This document shows, in pieces, positions 27,295 to 36,567 of a stretch of 64,000 nt of DNA; within the stretch, counting starts at the first letter, position 1; every line of letters starts with the position of its first letter. The DNA lies in assembly GCA_964604645.1 (NCBI GenBank), contig CAZRZP010000006.1, positions 1,953-65,952 on the forward strand, given 5' to 3'. Made by a program: the position numbers and the translations under genes. Origin of the DNA: an uncultured Methanosarcinales archaeon (GTDB taxonomy: Archaea; Nanobdellota; Nanobdellia; Woesearchaeales; GW2011-AR9). The notes under the pieces were generated by a model. It was given only the letters and a program-made list of their open reading frames with translations, did not search any database and was not told the DNA's origin.

Positions 27295-28977
27295 ATGAAA
27301 GAAATTACCAAACACGTTCTTAAGAATCTTTACGATTTTGGGCAAGCAAATCCTAAAGCAATTCTTGGCATGGTTTTAAGAGATAATCAAGATTTAAAGA
27401 AAAACGTACCTAAAGTCTTACAAGATATTGAACAAACGATAAAAGATAATTCTAATTTGTCAAAAGAAGAAATTAAAAAAAAGTTAGAAAAATTAGCTCC
27501 TGAATTGTTGAAGATAAAAAAAGAAAAAGAAGAAGGGCCACTAAAACCTTTACCTAATGCAAAAAAAGGTAAAGTTGTATTACGAATAGCTCCATCACCA
27601 TCTGGTGCTCTACATATTGGTCATGCATACGGAGCTGCGTTAAATCACACTTACGCCAAGATGTATGACGGTAAACTTATATTACGAATTGAAGATACAA
27701 ACCCTGAAAATATTTATGATAAAGCTTATGATCTTATTCCTGAAGATTTACGGTGGATTACTAATGATGGCATTTCTCAGATAATAATCCAATCAAATAG
27801 ATTAGGAATTTATTATGATTATGCTGAAAAGTTAGTTGGGAAAGAAAAAGCCTATGTGTGTACATGCAATGCCGATTCGTGGAGAGAATTGAAAAACAAA
27901 GGCGAAGCTTGTCAATGTAGAAGCTTATCAAAAAAGGAACAGCACCTTCGTTATGCAAAAATGTTTAATGAATATGCTGAAGGTGAAGCTGTTCTCAGAT
28001 TAAAAACTGACATACAACATAAAAATCCGGCAATGAGAGATTTTGGGTTACTCAGAATAAATGAACATATACACCCTAAAACAGGAAAGGAGCAACGGGT
28101 TTGGCCTTTAATGGTATTTTCAGTAGCAATAGATGACCACGAACTGGGATTAACACACGTTCTTAATGGAAAAGATCAAATGGATAATGCCAAGAAAGAA
28201 ACTATAATTATGAAATATTTAGGATGGAAACCACCTTTATATCAACATTGGGGATTCATAAATTTTAAAGGATTTCAATTAAGTTCTTCGCAAACTAAAA
28301 TAAAAATTGAGCAGAATGAATATCATGGCTGGGATGACATTCGTCTTCCATTTCTACCGGCTTTACGTAGTAGAGGTTATACTCCTGCTGCTTTCATGAA
28401 ATTTGCACAAAAAATTGGATTAAGTCAAAATGATAAAACAGTAAGCATGCAAGAGTTCTGGAAAATGGTAGATTCATTTAACAGAGAAGTAGTTGAACCA
28501 GAAGCACACCGTTACTTTTTTGTTGAAGAACCTAAGTTAGAGAAAATACAAGGTTCACCAAAGAAAAAAGTAGAAATTGATTTACATCCAGATTTTCCAG
28601 AAAAAGGTAAGAGAATTTTATCAGCATCAGAAGATGTTTACATTTCTATGGTTGATTTTAAACAGTTAGCAGACGGTAGAATTCATAGACTGATGGATTT
28701 CTGTAATTTTGTTGTAGAAAAGAATAGATTAAAATTTCATTCTGAAGATTATGAACAATACAAAAGTGCAGAAAATAAAGGTAAAATTATACATTGGGTT
28801 CCAAAAAATGCGGAAGAGATTATCGTAGTAAAAGGAGATGGACGAGAAATAAAAGGATTTGTAGAGAAAGATTTTTCTAAAGTTGAGGAAGGACAAGTTA
28901 TTCAATTTGAACGGATGTTCTTTGTAAAGGTCAAGAAATCTGGAAAAGAAACAAAATGTTTGTATTTACATAAATGA
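27295..28977 (+). CDS. gltX: Glutamyl-tRNA synthetase (archaeal type)
   Basis: APSPSG.LHIGH, RIEDTNP, GWDDIRLP, QFER. Confidence 0.96.
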   Translation: MKEITKHVLKNLYDFGQANPKAILGMVLRDNQDLKKNVPKVLQDIEQTIKDNSNLSKEEIKKKLEKLAPELLKIKKEKEEGPLKPLPNAKKGKVVLRIAPSPSGALHIGHAYGAALNHTYAKMYDGKLILRIEDTNPENIYDKAYDLIPEDLRWITNDGISQIIIQSNRLGIYYDYAEKLVGKEKAYVCTCNADSWRELKNKGEACQCRSLSKKEQHLRYAKMFNEYAEGEAVLRLKTDIQHKNPAMRDFGLLRINEHIHPKTGKEQRVWPLMVFSVAIDDHELGLTHVLNGKDQMDNAKKETIIMKYLGWKPPLYQHWGFINFKGFQLSSSQTKIKIEQNEYHGWDDIRLPFLPALRSRGYTPAAFMKFAQKIGLSQNDKTVSMQEFWKMVDSFNREVVEPEAHRYFFVEEPKLEKIQGSPKKKVEIDLHPDFPEKGKRILSASEDVYISMVDFKQLADGRIHRLMDFCNFVVEKNRLKFHSEDYEQYKSAENKGKIIHWVPKNAEEIIVVKGDGREIKGFVEKDFSKVEEGQVIQFERMFFVKVKKSGKETKCLYLHK

Positions 28978-29009
28978 TAAAAAAATCACATTAAATATGA
29001 GGTGAAAAA

Positions 29010-29471
29010 ATGGGTAAAATTTCAAGAGATACTCCCTTAGCGGAGATCACATTAAGACGTTACGAAAAACCTGCAGTTAACAACAGAGATTTAGTTAGAA
29101 AATTTTGTTTATCACTTGGTATATTACAACCAGGAGATTCAAGAGACGTAATCGTTGATGTCTTTCATGCACTTCTTTTGGCAAAGCAAAGAAGAGAAGA
29201 GTTACATTCGGAAGAGATTAAGAATTTAGTGATGGCATCTCGTAAAAAAGCGCAATTGCCAATGTTGGGTATCGCTAGCTCCAATATTAGAAGACAGTTG
29301 AAAAGATTGAAAGATCTTCATTTAATTGAAACTAATGCCAATCTATATAGAATATCTGAATGGAACTCTGTTTCTGAAATTTTTGAAGAAAAAATCCATG
29401 ATTTCTTGCTGCAATCAGTACTGTCAAGAGTAAAAGATTACGTGAAGAAGTTGGATGAAGAATTTAAATAA
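29010..29471 (+). CDS. Conserved hypothetical winged-helix protein
   Basis: EITLRRYEKP and SNIRRQLKRLKDLHLIE...YRI; GAGGTG Shine-Dalgarno. Confidence 0.7.
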   Translation: MGKISRDTPLAEITLRRYEKPAVNNRDLVRKFCLSLGILQPGDSRDVIVDVFHALLLAKQRREELHSEEIKNLVMASRKKAQLPMLGIASSNIRRQLKRLKDLHLIETNANLYRISEWNSVSEIFEEKIHDFLLQSVLSRVKDYVKKLDEEFK

Positions 29472-29487
29472 AAAGATATAAAAAAAT

Positions 29488-29751
29488 CTAGATAATATCT
29501 TCTTCAGCAACAACTATAAAATCTCCTGTAGCCATAACTGCTGAAAATGGAATTAAGATATTTCCATCTGGAGTCTTTTCTAACTCCATCTTATCGGTAT
29601 AAGAGGTTTGACTTCTTAAAAGAAGGTGAATCAATTCTCCAGAACCCACTTCGAATATTAGATCCCCTACTTCACCGAACTTTTTACCTGACTTGGAAAC
29701 AATAGTTTTACCCATTAATTCCCTGGAATATATTTTTTCTTTGTCTACCAT
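29488..29751 (-). CDS. PRC-barrel domain protein (CdpB-like)
   Basis: LMGKTIVSKSGKKFGEVGDL...IPFSAV.A.GDFIVV; GAGGGTGA Shine-Dalgarno. Confidence 0.88.
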   Translation of the reverse strand: MVDKEKIYSRELMGKTIVSKSGKKFGEVGDLIFEVGSGELIHLLLRSQTSYTDKMELEKTPDGNILIPFSAVMATGDFIVVAEEDII

Positions 29752-29887
29752 AATGATTCACCCTCACGTATTTGAACTTGATTTAACATGAAAGGTGGGT
29801 CAGTTTATATATAAAGTTTACGGTAATCTAAGCTGTGTAACGAAAATCATTATAAATAAATGTTAAGAGACTATTTATAAAAAACAT

Positions 29888-32800
29888 TCATCCTGCGTCA
29901 TAAATATGTTTAATTCCAAAAAATGTTAATAACGAAACTATGAATATTAAAACAGACAAAATAACCCAAATAAAGTCATCTAATTTCAATTCCTTAACTT
30001 CACCAGCAACTGCTTTTCCAGCATTCTTCACATCAAATTCATTTTCCGCAACAACTTTTCCATTTAGCGTTAATTTAGTTTGCACAACAGCTGCTCTGCC
30101 CGCTAATCTAGTTTGGTCTACATCCAAAGTTTGAGCTAGAACATGTCCGCCTTCAGGTGGGACGTCAAAAGGCCCATATAAATCTGAATACAAAGTTTTT
30201 CTGAACTTGACTTTATCCCAGATGCCTTTGAAATTGCTCATTATTGCTGGAAGATCTCCGTCAAAGAAAGGATATTTCTCTTTTGTCAAAATACTAAATT
30301 CGATATAATATTGGTTGCCACCATTCTTTAAGTCAGCTGAAGCTGCGCCAGTTAATGTATTAGAGTTAGTTTTATCTTTACTAGATTTAGCTGTTTTAAC
30401 TTCTGGATAAAACACTGTATAAACTGTCCAATCATTTTCTTCCTGAACAAAACTTGCACCGATTGGAGAACGTTTTTCAAATTCAATCCCTTCTTCTTTT
30501 ACTTTTTCTCCAAATGAAGAGATTATTAAATCAACTTTTGCTGGTTTAGCCGATAGGAAAGATTTTACATTAAATTCAGTTTGAATGGTCTCACCTGGTG
30601 GAATTACAACTTGCTTTTTACTTTCTTCTTTTAACGCTGCAGTGTATGGTTCAGTGTCTGGAGCATCATTAGACAATTTTGCCAAGAAGACGTCAGGCGT
30701 AGGAACAGACCTAGCTTTTACTAAAAACTGATCTTTTGGACTATGATCCACGTCCGGGTCCAATTTCATCTCTTGATTACCAGTATTTGTGAAAGATACT
30801 TTCACAGTTTTACTGCCATCTGGATTTTCTATTAGACCAGCCACTGCTGTTTTCAAGTTATCTTTGACATAGGCAGATCCTCCAGTAGAAGAAGGAGCAG
30901 AAATAGCAGCTGCAGCTGCTTCACCAGCTGATGGTGTAGATGGAGCTGCTGATCCCCCAGAAGTGCTAGCAGCAGATGAAGCACCACTTGTAGTTACATC
31001 TCCAGTGCCCAAATCAATTTCTGTAACACAGTCTTGTTGTACTGGACCATAATCCGTTATTGATTCACCTGGTCTAAATAATGTTGTAGTTGTAGAATTG
31101 AATGGCCAATCTACTCCCGAACTTACTGCATCTGCATAACCATCGCCGTCAGAATCAGTTCCTTTGTCACAATAAAGATCCCAGTTATTACCTTGTGGAT
31201 TTCCACCTACTGAAGTATTCCAATTATAATCGCTATTTGGTAAAAAATCTCCAAAATCAACCCAAAGGCCGCCTATGTCCTTAAAAGTGTTATAATAAAA
31301 TGAAGTGTTGGTATGAGCTGGCTCATTAGTTATTGAAATAGCCGCATATGTTCCGTTAAATGTATTGTTGTCAAAGATTGAATGTCCAACACTAATTACG
31401 TTAGCCGCATAAAATTTGTCTGGGTGACCAAAAACATTCTTTGTGATTGTAGATTTATTACAATTAGAAAAAGAACCAATTTCAAAAGTTGAATTCTCAA
31501 TGCGGTTCTCGGTACTATCAGTACAATCTAAATATCCTGTAGGACTAAAGTGGGAATCAATAGTTATATTTCTAGAATCTTTTATGTAAACTGCAATATC
31601 GAAATCTTCCCAACCACAATTTTTCACAGAAATATTTTGTTTGTTAATGATGTTAAGGCCGTTTTTTGTTCCACCAGAGGGCAGTCGAATTACAGTGTTC
31701 TCACACTGGACAGTCAAATTATGGCCCTCAACACTAATATTTTCAGCCGTATAAGTTCCAGGACATAAAGTAATATCATCAGTAATTGCCAAATCGGAAC
31801 TTGGACCAGTACAATTCAGACCCAAATTTAATTGCACTGTTGTGCTATTTGTTTTTGTGAGGTTGATGGTTGTTGAATTTGAAATATTAACATTAAGGTA
31901 AGTGAAATAAACACTAATATTGTGTGGAGTCAAATAATTTACTCCACTGCTGTTTTTCTTCCATTCTGCTAATTCTAGCCTGACAATACCATCATTACCA
32001 GTAACACCATTATCGTCAGAATCATTTGTGCTATTAAAGAAACCGTTTACAATTGCATTTGGTAAAGCTATTCCGGAGTTAAGAGTTACATTAACATCAA
32101 CATACCATCTCAGGTAGACTGATGCTGTTCCAGAAACAGAAACATTAGATGGATCTAATGAAGTGTTTACAATTGAATTATTTGTAGTTCCATCATTCGC
32201 AGCGACAACTGCGAATCCGGTAATATTCTGGAAATAAGAATCATAAATCGAATTATTGTCTGAATTATTGAAAACTACACCCGTTGTCGCATTAATAATT
32301 GTAACATTAATTAATCTTGAATGCGTTGTATTTTGAAGATAAAGAGATCTAGTAAAATTGATTAGCCTCAAGTTTTGAACATTCATATAACTAGAATTAG
32401 ATGTATTTATTCCATCTCCAGTTGAATCTCCTTTAATATCGTAATCCTTTCCAAACAATGTGCTTCCATTGCCACTGAAATGTAAACCTGCTCCACCGCA
32501 GCCGAAATTAGAACCCATTTCTAAATCACTTGCTAAAGAACTTCCGCAAGAGAATTCATCTATCGTCAAATTAAGTAAATCTTCTCGAATTTGTAAGTAG
32601 TTTACTATCGTCAAATTACGTGTGAAGTTATTTTTAATTACTCTAAATATAGTTGGACTAATGAGATAATTAATTCTATTGTTGTGGTACATAGTTAAAA
32701 CTTCTAAATTTACTGTTCCACCATTGCTTGTGTTTGCATAAGTTCTTAATGTCCCAGTAACATCATAAGCATAGACAGTTGCATTAACTATTGAGTTGTT

Positions 32801-35353
32801 TGAGCTATCTGTTACATTCACGTGGATCAGAGATTTTAAGTAAGCATATTGTGTTGCTGAAAGAGAGAATAGACTTCTGTTTGCTGTAGTATTGATGAAA
32901 GTAACATTACCATAGTTGGGTCCGGAATCTGAATGTATATCAAAATCATTTTTTGTGAAATTTGTATGATAAACTATAGCATCTTGCATAGTTCCAAAAA
33001 TGCTTATAGCTTTGGTGTTTGAAATGATTTTTTCGTGAGTAATATTTCCAAACAGAAACCCTTTCATATCATAACCAATACTATTGTTGAATATGTAATT
33101 TCCATAGTATCGATAATCGTTTCCTCTGTGAGATCTTGGATAAATTCCGGTGCTATTGAAATTATTTGAGATGTTGTTATAAGTAATATTACCTGTAAAA
33201 TTCTCAACTGAATCATCAAGATTAACAATAACTTCTGTATGATTTAATCTTGTAAAAGTATTGTTGTGAATCACCCCACGATTTACTCTTACAAAATAAA
33301 CACCATTTCCAGTACTATCTGTAAACCTATTTTCTTTTACAGTTATGGACCTTCCATCCCAAACATTCAGATTCCAAGTGGTTGCATTAGTGAAATTGTT
33401 GTAAGTAAATGTAAAATTAGATCCATTGTAGAGGTTGAAATTTTCTGTATTGTTATTAAAAATTGACCTATTTACAAGTCCGTCAGTTACATTCAGGAAA
33501 TAAGTTCCATTCTTAAAATTGCTTACAGAACAGTCATGTAAAGTTATATTTTTTACAAAGCGAGCATATATTCCAAACGTCCCATTACCGCTGATAATGC
33601 TAGAATTACAATTTAATGTAGTATGGTTATTAGTTATGTTTAATCCAGTATTAGTACAACCAGTAATATCATTTTTCAATGTGGTACTTTCAGTTATTTT
33701 ATCCCCACAAGTAAAATCAGCTATCTTTATACTTTTGTTAGAAGGAGATGCATTTAGATTACCGTCGCCAACAACGACTTGGCAAGTCCAATTATCATCA
33801 CGTAAAGTTACTGCTGGATCTAAACTTGCAACTTGTGTTAGTGTTCCATTGTTTAACTCCGTAGAACCAGTTGAGTAGGAAGATGAGCCGTTATACCAAG
33901 TCCAAAAAGCTTCCAAGAAAGTATTTTCAGTATCAGTTGCGTTAACATAACAATAGAGGGTATCATCTGTGTGGTTGAAATATCTTGTTGCATTAACTAA
34001 AAGCAAATCTAATGTTGGCGCTGTATTTGTGAAATCTGCTGACAAGTTGACAAAGAAACTTCCAAGATGACTGGAATTGAATTCGTACTTGTTCAATCCA
34101 AAACCAATAAATGTACAATTATTTCCTAAACAACTTTTTCCCTGACTGATGATTTGATTTGAATAATTAGTGAAATTTTGGTCTAAGAAAACTTCGGTAA
34201 CTACAGTAGCGGCTTTCAGCATCCTAATTTTAATTGAATTGTTTAATTTCCCATAACTAATGTTAGATAGGTTGAAAGCCACAGTTTGGTTGTGTAACAA
34301 GACGTGTTCATCTAGATGGAAGAAACCTTCAATTGTAAGGTTTTCTGGAAAACTGCCACTGCCATTATGTATCCACTGAACCTGAAATAGAGAATTATTA
34401 AATTGTAAATAATTAACCATATTTGCATTGGTTTCGTCCCAAATTTCAAAAGAAGTTGTTGAATTGGCATACAAGTAATTATTTTCTAAGGTATTATCTC
34501 CAGAATTTCCTGTGAGCATGAAGGCCCTGCTTGTAACCCCGGCATTTGCTGCTCCCAATGAGTATAAAGAATTGTTCCGCCAATAAGTATTATTGTAACC
34601 GGTAATTTTTGCTGCGAAGCTTTGCGAACCATTCATCCAAACAGAATTGTTGATGAAAGTTTGATTATGTTCATTCACGTCAAAACCAATTGATCCTAAA
34701 GCATGACCCTCCAAGTGGTTTCCTAAATAATAACCGAAGAATCCAGTTGCATAAATAACTGATTGGCCATCACGTGATCGCATAATTGCTGTATTATTTG
34801 TAACATTTACATTTCTGCCAATAATATTCATTGCATACCAATTCTCTGCTGTAAAGTTGCTATTTCTTATGATTGTATTATTTGAAGCAGAATCAACATA
34901 AATTGGATTTGAACTTACCTGGGTAGTTCTTACAGTAACGTTATCTATTTCAATTTCCTTAGCATCAATAATGTAAATTGCATCACTGCCACCATTAGGT
35001 CCTTCCTGCACTTCACAATTCTTTACTGTAATATTATTGTAGCCAGTAATGTTAATTCCATAACCAGAAGCTGAGATTGAATAATTAATCCAATAATTAT
35101 CACAGTCTAATACGACATTGCTGGCATTAAAATGGAAACAAGTTCCAGTTGAATTAACATTTCTGGTTAGTGTGGTTGTTTGGTTAATAACACCACAATC
35201 CGTACCATTACCCCAACTGTTTATTGAGAATTCATTTACACTAAAAGCCCCAGTTATCCAATTTCCACCTAAATTATCTCCAATTAGTAAAGCAGCTAGA
35301 CCACTCACTATTAAAACCCCAAATAGTACTAGCACTAGCTTATTATTTTCCAT
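29888..35353 (-). CDS. Giant cell-surface protein with several right-handed beta-helix (NosD/CASH-like) domains
   Basis: 1821 aa with N- and C-terminal TM helices, Asn ladders, repeated CG..I/LDC caps, GNNW motif, S/A/G linker and many N-x-S/T sequons. Confidence 0.85.
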   Translation of the reverse strand: MENNKLVLVLFGVLIVSGLAALLIGDNLGGNWITGAFSVNEFSINSWGNGTDCGVINQTTTLTRNVNSTGTCFHFNASNVVLDCDNYWINYSISASGYGINITGYNNITVKNCEVQEGPNGGSDAIYIIDAKEIEIDNVTVRTTQVSSNPIYVDSASNNTIIRNSNFTAENWYAMNIIGRNVNVTNNTAIMRSRDGQSVIYATGFFGYYLGNHLEGHALGSIGFDVNEHNQTFINNSVWMNGSQSFAAKITGYNNTYWRNNSLYSLGAANAGVTSRAFMLTGNSGDNTLENNYLYANSTTSFEIWDETNANMVNYLQFNNSLFQVQWIHNGSGSFPENLTIEGFFHLDEHVLLHNQTVAFNLSNISYGKLNNSIKIRMLKAATVVTEVFLDQNFTNYSNQIISQGKSCLGNNCTFIGFGLNKYEFNSSHLGSFFVNLSADFTNTAPTLDLLLVNATRYFNHTDDTLYCYVNATDTENTFLEAFWTWYNGSSSYSTGSTELNNGTLTQVASLDPAVTLRDDNWTCQVVVGDGNLNASPSNKSIKIADFTCGDKITESTTLKNDITGCTNTGLNITNNHTTLNCNSSIISGNGTFGIYARFVKNITLHDCSVSNFKNGTYFLNVTDGLVNRSIFNNNTENFNLYNGSNFTFTYNNFTNATTWNLNVWDGRSITVKENRFTDSTGNGVYFVRVNRGVIHNNTFTRLNHTEVIVNLDDSVENFTGNITYNNISNNFNSTGIYPRSHRGNDYRYYGNYIFNNSIGYDMKGFLFGNITHEKIISNTKAISIFGTMQDAIVYHTNFTKNDFDIHSDSGPNYGNVTFINTTANRSLFSLSATQYAYLKSLIHVNVTDSSNNSIVNATVYAYDVTGTLRTYANTSNGGTVNLEVLTMYHNNRINYLISPTIFRVIKNNFTRNLTIVNYLQIREDLLNLTIDEFSCGSSLASDLEMGSNFGCGGAGLHFSGNGSTLFGKDYDIKGDSTGDGINTSNSSYMNVQNLRLINFTRSLYLQNTTHSRLINVTIINATTGVVFNNSDNNSIYDSYFQNITGFAVVAANDGTTNNSIVNTSLDPSNVSVSGTASVYLRWYVDVNVTLNSGIALPNAIVNGFFNSTNDSDDNGVTGNDGIVRLELAEWKKNSSGVNYLTPHNISVYFTYLNVNISNSTTINLTKTNSTTVQLNLGLNCTGPSSDLAITDDITLCPGTYTAENISVEGHNLTVQCENTVIRLPSGGTKNGLNIINKQNISVKNCGWEDFDIAVYIKDSRNITIDSHFSPTGYLDCTDSTENRIENSTFEIGSFSNCNKSTITKNVFGHPDKFYAANVISVGHSIFDNNTFNGTYAAISITNEPAHTNTSFYYNTFKDIGGLWVDFGDFLPNSDYNWNTSVGGNPQGNNWDLYCDKGTDSDGDGYADAVSSGVDWPFNSTTTTLFRPGESITDYGPVQQDCVTEIDLGTGDVTTSGASSAASTSGGSAAPSTPSAGEAAAAAISAPSSTGGSAYVKDNLKTAVAGLIENPDGSKTVKVSFTNTGNQEMKLDPDVDHSPKDQFLVKARSVPTPDVFLAKLSNDAPDTEPYTAALKEESKKQVVIPPGETIQTEFNVKSFLSAKPAKVDLIISSFGEKVKEEGIEFEKRSPIGASFVQEENDWTVYTVFYPEVKTAKSSKDKTNSNTLTGAASADLKNGGNQYYIEFSILTKEKYPFFDGDLPAIMSNFKGIWDKVKFRKTLYSDLYGPFDVPPEGGHVLAQTLDVDQTRLAGRAAVVQTKLTLNGKVVAENEFDVKNAGKAVAGEVKELKLDDFIWVILSVLIFIVSLLTFFGIKHIYDAG

Positions 35354-35597
35354 TTTTTACAATATCAATTCTAACTGCTTTTCCTACAGCAAATTCTTTC
35401 CAGAATTTTTGAGGGATAGGAATTCTTCTTTGTAACTTACCCTGAGCTTGAACAATATCTACAAAATAGACGTTTGAATCATTTAACAAAGAAATTTTTA
35501 CCCAGGATTTTAGAGGAAAATCTGCCCAAAACTTCTTTCTTACAGCTATTTTCCGCTGACTCTTACCTTGAGCCTGGATTTTCTCTACAAAGTACAC
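35343..35597 (-). CDS. Tandem AbrB/SpoVT-like (swapped-hairpin) DNA-binding protein
   Basis: Internal duplication YFVEKIQAQGKSQRKIAV / YFVDIVQAQGKLQRRIPIP. GTG start lies 22 nt downstream of TTTATAAA; overlaps the start of the giant gene. Confidence 0.65.
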   Translation of the reverse strand: MYFVEKIQAQGKSQRKIAVRKKFWADFPLKSWVKISLLNDSNVYFVDIVQAQGKLQRRIPIPQKFWKEFAVGKAVRIDIVKNGK

Positions 35598-35639
35598 ACA
35601 AATAGAATCTAAATCAGATTTATAAACCTATCGCATGTT

Positions 35640-35680
35640 TAAATAGACATAAATAGATATAAATAAACATAAATAAATAT
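35640..35680. repeat. Four phased 10-bp direct repeats, TAAATA(G/A)A(C/T)A
   Basis: taaatagaca taaatagata taaataaaca taaataaata. Confidence 0.8.
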
Positions 35681-35771
35681 ACCACATAGTTAATTTAGAC
35701 TTAACTAGCTTGAAAAACTATCGAAAAAATCACATAAAAACAATTAAAAACAAACCAATTATAGGGAAAAT

Positions 35772-36563
35772 ATGTACATCCATAATATTGATCCCACAAT
35801 CTTACATTTGGGACCGTTACAAATTCGCTGGTACGGATTAGTTTACGTTCTGGGCTTCCTATTTGTTCTCTGGTGGCTAAATTTTTACAGAAAAAAAGGC
35901 GAACTTTCTTTAGAAAAAGAAGAAGTTAGCGATTTTGCGTTCTATTTAATGATTGGAGTGATTATTGGTTCAAGAATTTTTGAAGTATTTTGGAATCCAA
36001 GTTATTATCTCTCAAACCCATTACGTTTTTTCAAGGTTTGGGAAGGAGGCATGAGCTTTCATGGTGGATTTGTAGGAATCTTAACGGCTTGTTGGTGGTT
36101 CTGCAAGAAGAAAAAACTTAATTTTTTAAAAATGGCTGATATTCTTTCACTACCCACAATTGTCGCTTTAGCTTTGGGAAGAGTTGCAAATTTTATTAAT
36201 GGAGAATTATGGGGTAGACCTTTTAGTGGAAGTTGGTGTGTGAATTTCAAAAAAACTGGTGGAGGAGACGTGTGTAGACATCCCAGCACACTTTACGCTG
36301 CCGGAAAAAGATTTTTAGTTGCAGGATGGATATTATTGCTTTCCTTGCGCAACTCATTCAAAACAGGATTCATTTTTTGGAATTTTGTATTGTTTGAAGG
36401 ACTTGGAAGAATTATTGTTGATTTTTATAGAGAAGATGTTTTGTGGCTAAATTTTACGATTGGCCAATGGTTTAGTTTAGTTATGGTTTTGGTTGCAGTC
36501 TGGTTTTTGCTAAGATATTATGGAAATGAATGGAAAAAAGTATTACCACATAAACAATCATAA
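35772..36563 (+). CDS. lgt: Prolipoprotein diacylglyceryl transferase
   Basis: IRWYG, GSR, WEGGMSFHGG, GRVANFINGELWGR, RHPS.LY, R..VDFYRE, GQW.S. Confidence 0.93.
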   Translation: MYIHNIDPTILHLGPLQIRWYGLVYVLGFLFVLWWLNFYRKKGELSLEKEEVSDFAFYLMIGVIIGSRIFEVFWNPSYYLSNPLRFFKVWEGGMSFHGGFVGILTACWWFCKKKKLNFLKMADILSLPTIVALALGRVANFINGELWGRPFSGSWCVNFKKTGGGDVCRHPSTLYAAGKRFLVAGWILLLSLRNSFKTGFIFWNFVLFEGLGRIIVDFYREDVLWLNFTIGQWFSLVMVLVAVWFLLRYYGNEWKKVLPHKQS

Positions 36564-36567
36564 GAAA

